A DNA stretch of 58,258 bases, filler included, from Sphacelaria rigidula (taxonomy: Eukaryota), in the NCBI GenBank assembly GCA_964200075.2. It is 9 parts of 9 records of this genome, joined end to end, with 100 filler letters (N's around TTAATTAATTAA, not from the genome) between each part and the next. Parts side by side here need not be neighbours in the genome. Positions count along the whole stretch, not along the records: positions 38,907 to 45,290 come from CAXNAA020020412.1; positions 45,391 to 51,774 come from CAXNAA020020413.1; positions 51,875 to 58,258 come from CAXNAA020020414.1; 6 more parts are not named here. One strand, written 5' to 3'. Under the pieces are notes generated by a model. It was not told the origin of the DNA, did not search any database, and worked only from the letters and a program-made list of their open reading frames with translations. Below, in pieces: positions 38,907-52,181 of the stretch; the stretch's first letter is position 1, and each line of letters begins with the position of its first letter. The position numbers were made by a program, and so were the translations under genes.

Positions 38907-39675
38907 CCCCGTGCGGGCTAACCTACTCCACCAGTAGACTGCTTCAAAAGCCAACCTCTTGCCTCCACCCTCCACCCTCCACCCTCCCCCCCCCCCCCTC
39001 CCCTGCGAGCTAACCTACCCCACAAGTAGACTGCTTCGGAAGCGCACTTTTTCTGTCAGCGTGACTTTTGTGTGCGTGAATATCTCGCTGGTTCGACCGT
39101 TTCGGAAAGCCGTTTTTGTTTCCTCAGGGTGCTGAATTTCCCTCGTATTTCGTGGAGGAAAAAACGACATCCGAAACTACTCAGTAAGATATCTACACTA
39201 ACACGAAAGTTAAATGGGTTCGGAAACAGTCTACTGTCACACGCCCGACCCTCACGTTGTAACGTAGGCTGACGGGAATTAAGCTAAAAACATCTGGCCA
39301 GATGGTGCTGGCGCGGTACATTCATTTGAAAAAAATATCCAAAGCAATCGGCTGCATGGTGGTGGTGTCAGCCGTCGTGACGCCTCTTAGGTGAGGCGGC
39401 GACCCTCGTTCCTCCTGCGTCTTTGTGTCTGTTTCGTTTTCGTATATACAGCACAAACGAACAGACGTGTACGCGAGGGGCGCGTTCATGGCGGTGTGTT
39501 AGAAGTGCGACAAAACAATGTGCGTGTGCGTGTTGTGACTATAGTATACTATTATAGTATCGAGAGGATGGCCGGTTTGGTACGTAAACTGGAACTCACC
39601 GCAGTCAGGTAGAGAGCTGTCGATGGTCATGGGGGTGTACCAGGAAACAATAATACACAGACACTTGAAAAATAT

Positions 39676-40054
39676 GAGGTTGTACGATTGAATGAGATTC
39701 AAGCCCGACACAGTGTTTTCCCCATACCTACAGCGATGGTGCCCGATGACGTTTTTGTTAGCCTGAAGCCCCTCGATCGCGTAGATACTTTTTCAGCGCA
39801 TTTCATCGACTTTGTGAGCTTACAGCGCTGACCGAAACCGCCGTTTTCCCTGCTATCACCCCCCCTCAAAAAGCAAATCGCGGGAAAATATGGGTTCGGT
39901 CAGCGCTGTAAGCTCACAGAGTCGATAAATGCGCTGAAAAAGTGTCTACGTGATCGAGGGGCATTAGACCGACGAAAAACTCACTGCGCACCATCGCTGT
40001 AGGTGTGGAGAAAGAATCGTGCCAGGCTTGAACCTCAATCCATCGTACAACCTC
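39676..40054. mobile_element. Fold-back element with roughly 170-bp inverted arms, GAG...CTC termini
   Basis: GAGGTTGTACGA...TCGTACAACCTC; inner arm TGTGAGCTTACAGCGCTGACCGAA pairs perfectly with TTCGGTCAGCGCTGTAAGCTCACA. Confidence 0.9.
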
Positions 40055-40149
40055 ATTATACGGAATCGTCTGTTAATAGCTGCTGTACGAGCTCAGGGCA
40101 AATGAAGCGGGGCTGTGGTTAACTTGGAGGTATGAAAGCCGCCGGGTTT

Positions 40150-43100
40150 ATTCTCGTCCAGGGGTAGAGTGAGTAGTGTTCCGTGGGTGTACCGCTATAT
40201 CGACTCGCAACCCTGTGTACATGGGGTGAGAAATATATGCTGTGGCAGTGGAGCATGGAAAAAAAACACCTACTATAGCTATCGTCATACCGCGGAGCCG
40301 CAACATACCATGGACTGAATGTCTACGATCGAAGGGCTTGAAGAACGTACATGTACGTGTATATATGTATGTATGGGCTTCAAAGTGAAGTCTTTCACGA
40401 GGTGAAGATCGTATCTCCTCAAAGGAGGTACTCACGATGCTAAACGTATGTCTCTTGAAGACATCAGATCGTCATGGAGATTCCCATTGAAAAAAAAGAA
40501 GAAGAAACTGCGAGTCACCGTGCTTACTGAGAACGTTTGGGTCGAAATGTGGGAACCTTCCGGGAATATTTTGGGAAGTTTCGGGGTATAACCGTGGCAG
40601 AGGGCAGGAACGTTTGAAAGGGTGGTGGAATACAATCAGAAAGCCTCCACTAAGGTCTGGGACTATCTAGCATCAAGCCAGTCATGGTGAGGACGGTTAA
40701 CTTCTTCGTTGAACGTTTCCTTCCCTCGGAACACAGGAAAAATATCACCTTTTTTGGGCCGACTGATGTTTTTCGACCGTTAGCCAACGGATGCGGGATA
40801 ATAGTGCGCCAACAAAGAAAAAGAACAGATTCAACCCGAACATCTCCGTAGATTTCAATCAATTCTTGCCTTAAGCATCGGACATGGTTGAGGGCCCGAA
40901 TGAACGTAGTAGTGAGATTTACTTGGAGTATTCTTTGACTCGGAGGCAGACAAACCGACGGCGGTCTACTTGATCACGATTGTACACGCAAACAAACGCG
41001 GAGCAGAGCAAAACGCAGAGAGAACGTTTGATGCAAATAATTGTGCGACCACAACGTTTGCAATCACTTGCTTGGATCTGTCGTAGACAGTATTGTCATG
41101 GTATCGGTGCGTGCGTAAGCTGGGCTCACCTCCTCGCAACTGAGGACCTCTTCCAGGACGTCGAACTCGAGCATATCCGCTTCGTCGAGATCTTCTCCCA
41201 ACGATGCGCTCTTGACAATTATCTGCCCGGTACCACTGATCCATGACAACGCCCTCTTGATGAAGGCCTGTATGTACGAAGCATCGCAACATTATCGTTG
41301 TTCCGAGGGTGAGCTGGGGACTGTAGTTTCACGACGGCAACCAACGGACTCTTATTCTCGTCACTGCCCTCTGAGTAACACAGTCAACATATTGTAAACC
41401 ATACGCACAATAATCGAGATATATATTATTATGTCGCTCTCGTCTTTTTAGTATCTCACCACAAGAACAGTCGCTTCGTCGCACAAGCTCAACAGCAACT
41501 AGCACATCTATTTCATCGATTGTTGGACATGCTCGGTAGCCCACTATGTGTTTCACGTACAAGAAAACATTCGCCTACAGCTTGTTTCCTACTTTTGAGG
41601 TCGGTCTCGCACCCCTAGAGCACAGAATGACCGTAATTGAGGGTAAAATCGATCTGGAAGACAAGACACCGGCGTACAGCATGAGAATCCCTCCGCCATT
41701 TATCATGTGCAGACCAAGCCCTCACAAGGCCAGCTTTTGAACCAGGTGACGAGAATGAAAGGTCGCATGTGTCCATCTTGTAGTCGGTTCAGGGGCATGG
41801 GCACACACTCAAGAGAGGCGCGTGTGACGTCAAGCAGGCGATCGATGAATCGACTCCCAAAACATTCAGAGCCGCTCTCTCAAATGCCGCCTCTTTCTTT
41901 CTCGTCGATCAATGATGGCTGGTGACCAACGAACTACCCACTTTTTGGCCCGATCTCTTCCGGTCGACAACATGATATAAAAGTGGAAATGACCGCACGG
42001 CCGCTGGAAGAATGGATCTTAGAAAAAACCATAATGGGAAGAATAAACAACACTGCGTGAGTCATACATACAAAAGTCGACTTTCCCCGCCGGAAAAAAA
42101 CGATTACGGCCGTGTTCTCGGAGAGCTCGATAAAGCGCTGGGGATGAGCCTCATGATGGGTATAAGAATTTCGAAAAAAGCGCACCCCACTTTTGTTGCA
42201 AGCCATATCCATATACTCGCCATGCCAATGTCTGCTCTAAGCTGGTCATTAGCCAGTACACCTACACTAGATATTGTCTCGCGTAGAAAAGGCCGAGATT
42301 GAAGCGGCTTCGACTCAACAAGTAAGAGAAATATACTTGTACACAAAAAGACACGTAGGCCAAGAGTCGAGTCAACTATTTCGAACAATTGCTACCAGAA
42401 AAAAGCTGTCCATTGTCTCATTACTCCACCAATGATTGAGGTCCATGCCACAGGCGATCGCTCGGATAACCACGCGGACAAGAAAAACACACAGAGAAGT
42501 GGAAATTGAAAGGATAGGACACCAATCGACATTTTCACACATACAGTGAAAGACTCGGGTTCTCCGAGGAACAAGTACAGAGAATCTGCCGTTTTCCTCG
42601 CCCAATACATGGGCGGACGAAGCAAGAGGTTGCTCAAAATGACGGTATCTACGGCAGGGACCGAACGCGGCGAAAAAGTCATCATTCATATGAGCAACGG
42701 TTTACATTGTTCGGTCACAGTCCGGATGAGATGAGACTATACCGACACTAGCGACCACAGTAGTAGTATGCTGTGACGCACTTATTCCAGAGGGGATTTT
42801 GCCTAAAACTCCGACCCATTCCGGAAAACACTATGTGCAAATCAATACTGCGGGGATACGTCGGATGCGTGTACACGAGACTATGGCAGACGCATCGATC
42901 CATCTGGTGACTAGTTGTTACTGTACATCCATCTATTCTGTTGTGATAATAGGTTACACGATGCCAGCATCGGGAATGGTAGGATCAAACTTACCGCGGC
43001 CTTCTTCGCCAAAGTGACCGCGAGCATTCCCCCCGTCTCAATTTTGTCCATTATATGGCAAAAATTGTTGTCCGCGAAGCGGAGGAAGCCAAAAGCCCAC

Positions 43101-44640
43101 GAGTCCATATCTTCCTCTTCCTCCACTTCTGTCCGGTTTGGTCATGACAGGGTTACAAAGAAAATCGGGGCACGGCGAGGAGGAGGAGACGTGAAATTTC
43201 TTTCTACCACGACCTGTATTATGACCCCTGCGGAACGGAGATACTGTCGATATCTGTCAGCGGCATGGTACTCTCTTGACTCGGCAATCCGCGCGGACAG
43301 CGTTGAGGTCCACGTTATGTCATGAGGGCGGGCGGGGGGTAGTCATCTTACACCAAAAAAAATAGGTACATGATACCTTCCTTTTGCTCAAGCGTTTTCC
43401 TGATGACTTCCTCATAAAAAAGACTACCGCACGCGAGTATGATGTTGAACCCTGACTGATCGATTCCACCACGGAAGTACCTTACCCACCCCTTATCCTT
43501 CAAAGGCGGCAGCCTATGGCAACACTCGTGGTCCGAGAGTACTCCGCGACTGTATCCAGCAAAACCGCTTACACGCGTCGTGAACCACTTTACGTGGTCC
43601 ACGCGGATAATATTTTTTGCAGTATTGTCAGTCTTCCACTGAGGGGTGGGGGAGGGGGGCGGGGGGCGTGGGTTACAGCATCACCCACATGACGCCTTCG
43701 TCCCCTGTCGCATTGTCCAAAGTTAACTACGCTGTTGTTCTTTCATGAAACAAGCTCGCCTGAGACCAGCATGGAGATGTGTGTTCAGAGTCGGACGTAA
43801 AGACATGTTTCGCCTCGGAAGACACGTCGCGTGGTATTTTGCCCACAACAGACACCAGTGAAAATGCCTCTTGCCCGACTTTGTAAAATAACATGACGAC
43901 TTTCACCCCCCGCTGCCTTCAAAAGACTTGTCGTGTGGGATACTACGAATACCATTTTATCGATCCTCCAGCTAGCTGGAAAAAAAAAAACGTTTGCTTG
44001 TCGGATATATCTCGCGAATGACTGTGGTTATGTCAAGTACTGAAGCGGCCACGCTCCTCCCTGCTGTGCAGCTTGTCTGCTTTGCTGATAAGATAATGGG
44101 TGATGGAATAAAACTTGCCTGCTCGAATCATCGCGCCACAATCCGCAATGAGTCACCAAACGACGGGGTAATTTCCGACTTACGGTTGCTTCTTGTGCTT
44201 CTCACGCGGCAAGATAAAGTCTTTCATCCACGAACCATCACCGAAGCTTTGATGGTTTGGTTCACTGAAGAAACATAAGACATGCCGAGTGGGAACCTCT
44301 TCATTTTACTACCAAGAAGTGGCGGCACAACGTACAGACTTACCCGAACCCCGAACCACTTGGATGCCGAGTACAATTTCGTGGTGTGCCGGTTGGGGAA
44401 GGTTTTCTTCGAACTAACTGCCTGTTTCGATATCGTGGGGGTGATTTCATCTGTTCCATCGACAACTTCTACGAGCCATATATAAAGGGATCGCACATGG
44501 CGCGTGGGTTTTTGTTACGCATCACCGTCCCGCCGCGTACTCGAAATAGATGTGTGAATCATGTGTCGGTGAGACTGGTCGAATCAATTCTGACAGCCAA
44601 TGAGAACATCGCGGACTTTCACGATATAGTACGGTAAAAT
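40150..44640 (-). pseudogene. Long decayed, apparently intronless coding tract of unknown origin
   Basis: Chain of minus-strand ORF fragments, several in one frame separated by single stops, with protein-like acidic segments (EVEEEEDMDSWAFGFLRFADNNF; EDLDEADMLEFDVLEEVLS; IDEIDVLVAVELV). No microsatellites or clear introns. Confidence 0.45.
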
Positions 44641-44654
44641 CAACTGTACTGTCC

Positions 44655-44994
44655 GTGGAGGTGTGTGTAATCCCTCCGGGGGGTCAATCTTTACCCCTCC
44701 GGAGGGATTACACACATCTATCATCGAGGAATTATCGACCTCTATTATTATACAGGGATTTCATGTTGTGTTGTATCCTTCAAGGTGCACATAGCCCCTC
44801 CAGGGGGGTTCCATCTCCCTCTCTCTGGAGTGAATTTGTGTGGGCTATTCGTCTGGCAGTGTTTAGTCCCTGTGCAGGGGTTTACTATCCAGCCTCCAGA
44901 GGGATCATACTACGCTTCCAGAGCCTCTTCTCCCGCTAGAGGGGTCAGTTTTCGTGTGGAGGGATCACTGGGGGTAGTCAAATGGCCGCGTGTG
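44655..44994 (-). mobile_element. End of CACAC-terminated (CMC/CACTA-like) element
   Basis: Ends GGGTAGTCAAATGGCCGCGTGTG (reverse complement of the family terminus), with multiple CCTCCRGAGGG repeats. Confidence 0.75.
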
Positions 44995-45290
44995 CAGAGA
45001 GGCTCCACGAACAAGGGGATTGAGAACGCGAGAACTCGTCACTGAGAAGGCGTGAGGCCACACGGTACGGCCTTCAGATCTTGATGAGCCTCCTCTATGC
45101 CACGAACGGTATACTAGCGTAAGGCTGGAGAGGCCAGTTCTAGTGATGGTGTTGATATGATTCTTATCGTGACTATTTACATGTCACGTTGGTACCCATA
45201 CTGAGATCTCGAACGACGAAGGTCGCATTACCTTATACTTTACAACACGCTACGTACAGGCCACTGTCAAGCTACGGTACTGCGCATGCG

Positions 45291-45390
45291 NNNNNNNNNN
45301 NNNNNNNNNNNNNNNNNNNNNNNNNNNNNNNNNNTTAATTAATTAANNNNNNNNNNNNNNNNNNNNNNNNNNNNNNNNNNNNNNNNNNNN
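45291..45390. other. Artificial scaffold spacer
   Basis: N44-TTAATTAATTAA-N44. Confidence 0.99.
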
Positions 45391-45860
45391 ACATCGTTCT
45401 CAGTAGTTTCGACATGCGCGATGCTGCTGCTCATGGTCTCCAAATTTCCGTACTTTCTCGTTCTAGCACCATGTTAGGCACGCCTTTCACTGCAGTTACG
45501 TTGATGTGTGGCGGCCACAACCGTGCTGTTCGTGTATTTGTCTTGTTACTATCTTCGCAATGACGGTAAACGTGGAGTGGAAGCTTGGGGGTAGCGTGCT
45601 TCCCTAGCAGTACAGCAGCTGGACATTAGTGCAACGGAAGTCTCCACTCATTGATTCGGAGCGAGTTATCCGGAGGGACAAAGAAATCTCAACACCGATC
45701 ACTCCCAGGTTTGAAGAAATGTACTACATTTATAGTACATTTCATGTGAGCCAGGTGATTGTTTTTAGGTTACGCGTGTATTTTTTATTGATATGAATCG
45801 TCCGATTACGGTTCAGTCCTTACGCATACAGGCTGGACCGCCCAAGACGCGGACAGGAAT

Positions 45861-46158
45861 ATGAACACGCGATTATGCAGCTCAATATTGGGTCGTTTTC
45901 TGCAGCATTTTGACACATTGTACAGGACGCATGTGCGAGGACCCCATCATCTTCCCCCTTCATATATTTTTTTCCATGGTGAGTTATTCACGATTTAGTT
46001 CCGAGTAAGTGTTCTGAAATGTTTAGTCGCCAACAATTCACCGAAAAAAACACAAATGTAGGGCGAAGATGGTGGGGTCTTCGCACATACATCCTGTACA
46101 TCGTGTCAAACATTTATTGAAAACGACCGAAAATGGAGCTGCATAATCGCGTGTTCGT
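45861..46158. mobile_element. Fold-back element, roughly 135-bp imperfect arms, with an extra arm copy at 46350-46470
   Basis: GAACACGCGATTATGCAGCTC ... GAGCTGCATAATCGCGTGTTC, and pairing continues inward. Confidence 0.85.
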
Positions 46159-46473
46159 GTCGAAGACCGGTTCCTTCGTGGATATCGACCAGCCACGGAA
46201 AAATTGATGCGCTTATGCTATTCAATTTCAAACCTTTTCCCACAAAATTTTGCCACGATGTGCGTGAGGTACGCTGTAAAGACCCCATTGTCCCCCCTTG
46301 AGTTTTTTTTTTTTTAAATGAGTAGTTGACGCCTTTGTACCAGGATTAAATGTAACGAAATTTTTATCGCCAATAACTCGCGAGGAAGGAAAAACAAAAT
46401 GAGGAGGAAACGACAGGGGCTTCGTACATACCTCATGTACATCGTGTCAATATTTTATGAGAAACGACTTCAA

Positions 46474-46591
46474 CCCTTTGGGAACCCAGAGACGATTCTT
46501 GTTTTTGTGAATCTGCATCAGTTTGACTTGGAAATGGCTGAAAATGATGCCGATTCACAAAAACAAAAATCGTCACTGGGTTCCCAAGCAG
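46474..46591. mobile_element. piggyBac-like palindromic MITE, older copy
   Basis: TCAA|CCCTTTGGGAACCCAG...CTGGGTTCCCAAGCAG|TGAA; shares TTTTGTGAATC.GCATCA / TGATGCCGATTCACAAA with 29144-29282. Confidence 0.75.
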
Positions 46592-49495
46592 TGAAATCGC
46601 GTTTTGCTGTCGAGAATCGGGTGAGTCGCTTCCAGAGAGCAACAACCTCAGCTGGAACTTGGACGTTCTCTGCGAGCTTTCTTCACCCACTGCTTACCGG
46701 TTCGCACACTACCACCAGACGCCTTGGCGCACTGGAGGCCTCGTCTGCGTGCCATCTCAGACACTGCGCGCCTACAGTACGGCATGCATTGTTGTACAAC
46801 CCGCGGCACTGTCGACTGTAACCGAAATACGATTCGAGCCGGGTTTTTAGCCATAATTCTGCGGCACATGTCACCCTCAACTCTCTACACTTCGCAGCTG
46901 ACTACAGTTCGGCATTTCGTCTGATGGGAAATTGTCGGATCGCAGTGCTACGTAGATTGAAAGACGCGCGCTGATTTGCAGATAACCACGATGTGTCATA
47001 GTAGGCATAACGCGCGATACATCGTCTGTTAGAACGGGCTGAAGGAAAGTCCGTTTCTTCGGCGGCCCAGCCTGTGAAATGTTCGAGGCGCAATTTGCCG
47101 AAATAGAGTACCCCAAATCGGCCCCTATCAACAGTCAAGCGCAGTACGAACCGAGCATTTGCATAGTGGTCCAAAACTCCGTCCCGAATCCGATATCCGT
47201 CGGCGAATTACAGTATTGAACCCGCTGGTGTTGTCTACGCATACACGTCACGTACGTCCGCAATCAAAAGTTGTCGCCTCACTCGCAAATGGCTGTGCTG
47301 TGCTGCTGCCAAATTACGGGGTATGTGAGGAATCTACGGAACCCGTCGTCAGTTCGCGACCAGCTTCGCAGCGTTGCATTGAGCGTCGAGAGGTATTGTA
47401 GTTGCGATGTGCTCCAAAAAAAGCATGTCGCAACAAGCCTTATTTTGTGCATCTCATCGCAGCTAACACGTAGGAAATATATTCGCAGTTCACGTTTTGT
47501 TTGGTGCAACTGGGCGCTCCAAGGAAAGCATAAAGAACAACAGGGAGTACCTGATGAAGCTACTGAAGTCAGGCACAGATTACCGGTTTGACAGCGTTTG
47601 GTTGAGCGTAGTGCTCGAGATGTTGTAAACGGCCGCCAAATTCGGACTGGTGACAAAAGATGGACAACAGATCGGGAACTTTTCGCCGGGTGAAAAGATG
47701 ATTCCCGGATGCACACTACTGGAAAAAATTCCGTTTTACGTGGTGGTGCCCACACCACCCCCTCCCTCCTCTTTCATGAGCGTCTTCGGTCTTCATGTTA
47801 ACGAGAAGAGGTTTTGTAGGGGTAGCAAATTTCGCCGGTTAGCGGTGAGGATGTTCATCTTTATTCACATATATATTTTACGTGTTTTGGTTTGACAAGC
47901 CAACAATCCCCACAGAAGACTTTCCCGTGAGATGGTAAAGTCTGCCTCGAAGGTTACCCACCAGTTGTTTTCATACCTCATCATTTTCACAACTCATTAA
48001 TGCCCGCTCAACGTTTGAGGCGGTTTTTTTTTTTTTTCGTCGCTTTTGGTGGGGGGCCGAGATTTAAAGCGGGTACCCTCTGTTCATGAAGCGTATAAAT
48101 CATCTCACTGGAGTCGCCACTGTGAAAAGAGGATTCCTCAACGGACACTCGTGGAGATATTCCGGGGATATCCACCGTTGATTACTTTGATTTATACTCG
48201 TATGTATCGTTGATATCGCCATGATCATCTCCGAAATGTGATTCCTCTCTCCGCTCGGTTTTCATGGGGGATAAAAACTACCATCTACGAAACGTTTTAC
48301 CACGAAATGTTCATGACTGATTCGTGCCGTAAGCATAGTGCTTGCCATATGCCGAGTACCACTGTTATGTTGGTCGCCCGTTTCAATGTATTAAAATCCA
48401 TGTTCAATTGCGGCGGTGCGGCAAGTGAACTGTCAGTGGCGTGATGCGGGGGTGGTCATGATAACGCCTTCCGCGTGCCGGCAATATGAAGTGGGCGTTT
48501 CCACATGCCTGACATCTAGACAGTTGAAAGTAAGGCCCTCGTCGCTTTCGGCGTTATGCCAGCCTTTTCCGGTTTCGCAAACCAGTGGTCCTGTACCCTT
48601 GACTTGATGGTGAAGCTTCGCAAGACGGGCTATGGGGCATACGGTATGCCTGGGAACGCTTGTGGTGCTTGGAAGGCCTCTGTAAAGATCGGATAAAAAA
48701 GCGCCAGCATCGACAACGTGGAAAGAGCTGGTCTGTGCTCCTTCACATCCATGGACCTAGACTGCTCCAAATGTGGATGCTGTGCGCAGTCCTTCACCCT
48801 TGACACGATAAATAGTACGAACGGTCTTGTCTATGCATCCGTGGACACTTTTGGTTGTGCCTGATACATGGGCGGTCGACGATCACGCATGCCTGATGTG
48901 ACTTCCCCGCTGATCTAGCCTTAATACTTGTGTGTGTGTGTGTGTTTATACGCATGTCTTCTCAGCGTCGTACGTGCCGTTTCGAACAATTGGCCCCCGT
49001 TCTGGGAAATGGTAACATATCACGGCATTTTATACTGCCATTGGCCAACATGATGGGTCGGGATAATCATATTGTGGCCCCGCACGTTGCGGTTGCGATT
49101 TGGGACACAGTGTACGCCCGAAATGCACGTGTATTTCATGCAGTGACGGGAACCGCATCCGGTCGCCGAAAAATACATACTCCATCTCGTCAAATCGCCT
49201 GGCGGTCGGTTCTCTCGACTCCCAGCCGATTCGCAATTGCTTCTGTGAGAGTGTCGCGGCCACGTACAACGTCGTGGATTGTTCCGGCTTTTTCTCGGGC
49301 AAGCACCGGTGGAGGCGAGCGAGAATGTGCTACAACACGCGTGAGACACTTGCTTTCGTTTTTTGCGCGCGCATCACGTGATGTGCTTCGTGCCTCCTAT
49401 CAAAGCGTGCGCGATACGTGTGAAGACGAGTTTCGCTACGCCGGGTCAACAACTCGAGCAGGAGAGTCGCGTCGGTTCGGTTTCTCATATTGCAG

Positions 49496-50008
49496 ATGGA
49501 AAGACGCACCTGGAAGTGCACAAGCTGCACTTGAAGAGGTCGGTCAACCGTATCGGGGCCAACATCACCACAACCAATGCGCCCGGGCCCTTTTAGAAGG
49601 TTTATATGCGCTCCTTGTGTGCACGTACTCTTACGTGGGTACACATGCTTAGCACCAAGCAGTTGTAGTAGGCGGTGGTTTAATTCAGTTCCTCTTCGGC
49701 ATGATGCTGCGCACCGGCCGCAGGTATCGGCTCTGAAGTTGGCTCCACCATCAACCCGAGGGCCGCTGGCATGTGTCTACGGTGTGCTGGACGGGCATGG
49801 AGGCGACGGGGCTTCGAATTTCGTGTCCAATCACTTACATCATCTGGTACGTGCCACCTGTGGCCCCTCAACTCAGGACTCGTTTTATTTATTTATTTTT
49901 TCTTGCCCTGTTTTATCCTCATTTCGGGTAGTTTTGGTGCAAATGGTGATCACACACTCCCTCAGAATTGGAGTCGTCATAAGAGCCTCGGTAACCAGAG
50001 GCAGGAAG
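49496..50008 (+). CDS. PP2C/PPM-family protein phosphatase, internal exons (49496-49538, 49724-49846, possibly 49966-50008)
   Basis: The exon ccgcag|...|gtacgt encodes ACVYGVLDGHGGDGASNFVSNHLHHL, containing the PP2C DGHGG motif. Flanking exons are phase-compatible but less certain. Confidence 0.85.
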
Positions 50009-51774
50009 GTGTGTGCCCATACGTCTGCAAGAGATGGGTGGGAGCTGAACAAAAGCACACTTGTGTGAGGAATGATGGGCAGTCAAAATTCGTCGTTTTG
50101 GCAAGTTTCTGACTCTCGGATTGTTTTATTTTGTGCACCCAAGGGGTGGCATATAAATGAAAAGCCACGGGACACCCAAGATTTTTGTATCACCCCAAAT
50201 TTCGCGGGGCGCGCGGGGGGAGGGGGGGGGGGGGGGTCACTCTGTAGGGCTTCTCAGACGAAGTCCGATATCTGAAAGTGTTGTTGATGTGTTACTAGTT
50301 ACTGGAGCGAAAGTATACACTGTTTTCGAGAGTTGGTACGAGTTGACCGCGATTCATGAAGATCGGACTGATGTAGTGGTGAAAAGACAATATTGAGGTG
50401 ACTGAATTTTTGAGGTTACCTGGAGATCGCTCCGCATCCTATAGAGGGGGTGTTGAGAAATGACATCTCACCTAACTAATTGCCTGTATTTGTTGAATTA
50501 TCCGTGCAGTTGATGAAACCATTTGGACAGACCTTCATGTTTTCACGGTGGTTTCCGGCCAATGTGTACATCATTCCGATAGTCAAAAAAGGAAGGGGAC
50601 GGGTGGGGGGGTGGGTAGGAGCTGCCACCTCGAAGCTTTTACAATAGCAAAGAGTATCGTGGTGAAGTATTTTGACCTCATTATCCTGCATGGTTTTGTG
50701 TGCGGATGTAACGGTTTGATACCTGATGCCTGATGCCTGAGGATGGTTTGACGCGACATCTTGGCATGCAGTATAGTGAGACACAGTAACAACTCGACTT
50801 CTACCTACTGCATATGTAGCACAGTCTGATGGTAAAATAGTGCACCACATTTACAATGCTGCTTTCTATATGTTTCGGAACGTGACTCCACCAACAACTT
50901 GCGCGTGAAAGACCTGACGCCAATTCTGACTTTGGACAGGACTTTCACCCCCAGTTACATCTACAGTCTTGGGATAGAGGCGCCCGCGGGGGGGTTGGGG
51001 GAGGGGGGGGGGGCGGGGCTGCTTTAGTCGCTTGACCATTGACCACGCATATCTTTCGAGACGGAGCATCGTTCCTACTCCTAATAGGGGGGGGAGTGAG
51101 AGATGTGGCACCCCATGCTTCGTGCACTTTTGCCCGATTTGCATACGCCGGTAGGAAACTGCCCAGAGACGCTTTTCTCATCTTGGGCGTATCGTCCCCG
51201 CAATGACATTTACACAGGCTTATATTGGTCCCCTAGACGCGAGGTCGCATTTTGCCAGTTACGGGCGCCAGCGTAGGGCACGGCGAGGAGCAAGCGCCGT
51301 GCCCTAGCAGGGCACAGCACACTGTAATCTTGCCGGGGCAAGTACGGGTGAGACCCCCTTGTCCGGGGGCTCGTAGACTGTCGCCATCGGGGCCAGTGTT
51401 GGGGTTAGGGGTGGGGATGAGGTAAGTTAGTTGGAAAATAGCTGTACTTAGAAAATCAAACTCCGACATGGTGAAACGGGTCTTGGGACTGTCCCTTCAG
51501 GAACTTTTCCCGAACTTGTTCACGAGGCAGGTAGGAACAGAACCTCTCGGGTTTACTCCGGCGCACGGAATTACGCTGCCAACTCTAAAGCAGTTTTGAT
51601 GTTCGATGCAACCCGCTATAGATGTCAGCCATCAAATTCGTGACGACACCCGAATAAGGCAACTTTGTGGTCAATGTATCCGCAAGTGATCTCGTGACCA
51701 GGAGTTTTGCACGGTTAAGACAAATCATCACGACTCAAAATCACCAAATTCACGATTTCTTCTGCCTGATTGCC

Positions 51775-51874
51775 NNNNNNNNNNNNNNNNNNNNNNNNNN
51801 NNNNNNNNNNNNNNNNNNTTAATTAATTAANNNNNNNNNNNNNNNNNNNNNNNNNNNNNNNNNNNNNNNNNNNN
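51775..51874. other. Artificial scaffold spacer
   Basis: N44-TTAATTAATTAA-N44. Confidence 0.99.
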
Positions 51875-52181
51875 AGAGACAGCCACGGCTTTTACACTGC
51901 CTCATGGGTGTCCAACTTTTCTGGTGGGGGGGGGGGGGGAAGGGAGCTACACGGGAGTTGTTACCTCGCGCTTATCCTATCGCTTGTTGCAGACGTGGGC
52001 GAATAGCTTGTTGTGGGCTCTGGCAGAGGCGTCCCTGTTCTGGCAGGCACTTGGCCTTCGAAGTCTCTGCCACGAACACGGTATAGGCGACCGTGCCCAC
52101 TATTTGGCGACTGGAACCATGTACTATAATCTATTTTGACTGCATTTTTCACGGCTGGCGCCCAGGGCTAGAGTGACACTA

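Noticed and set aside
44100..44340. Mononegavirus L-protein capping motifs (PPLLGSK...)
   Set aside because: Only a superficial resemblance; the GxxT threonine and the HR motif are absent and no RdRP core motif was seen.
6386..51874. Regularly spaced TTAATTAATTAA palindromes
   Set aside because: Assembly linkers inside N runs, not biological; ORFs ending in 'XXXLIN' are artefacts.
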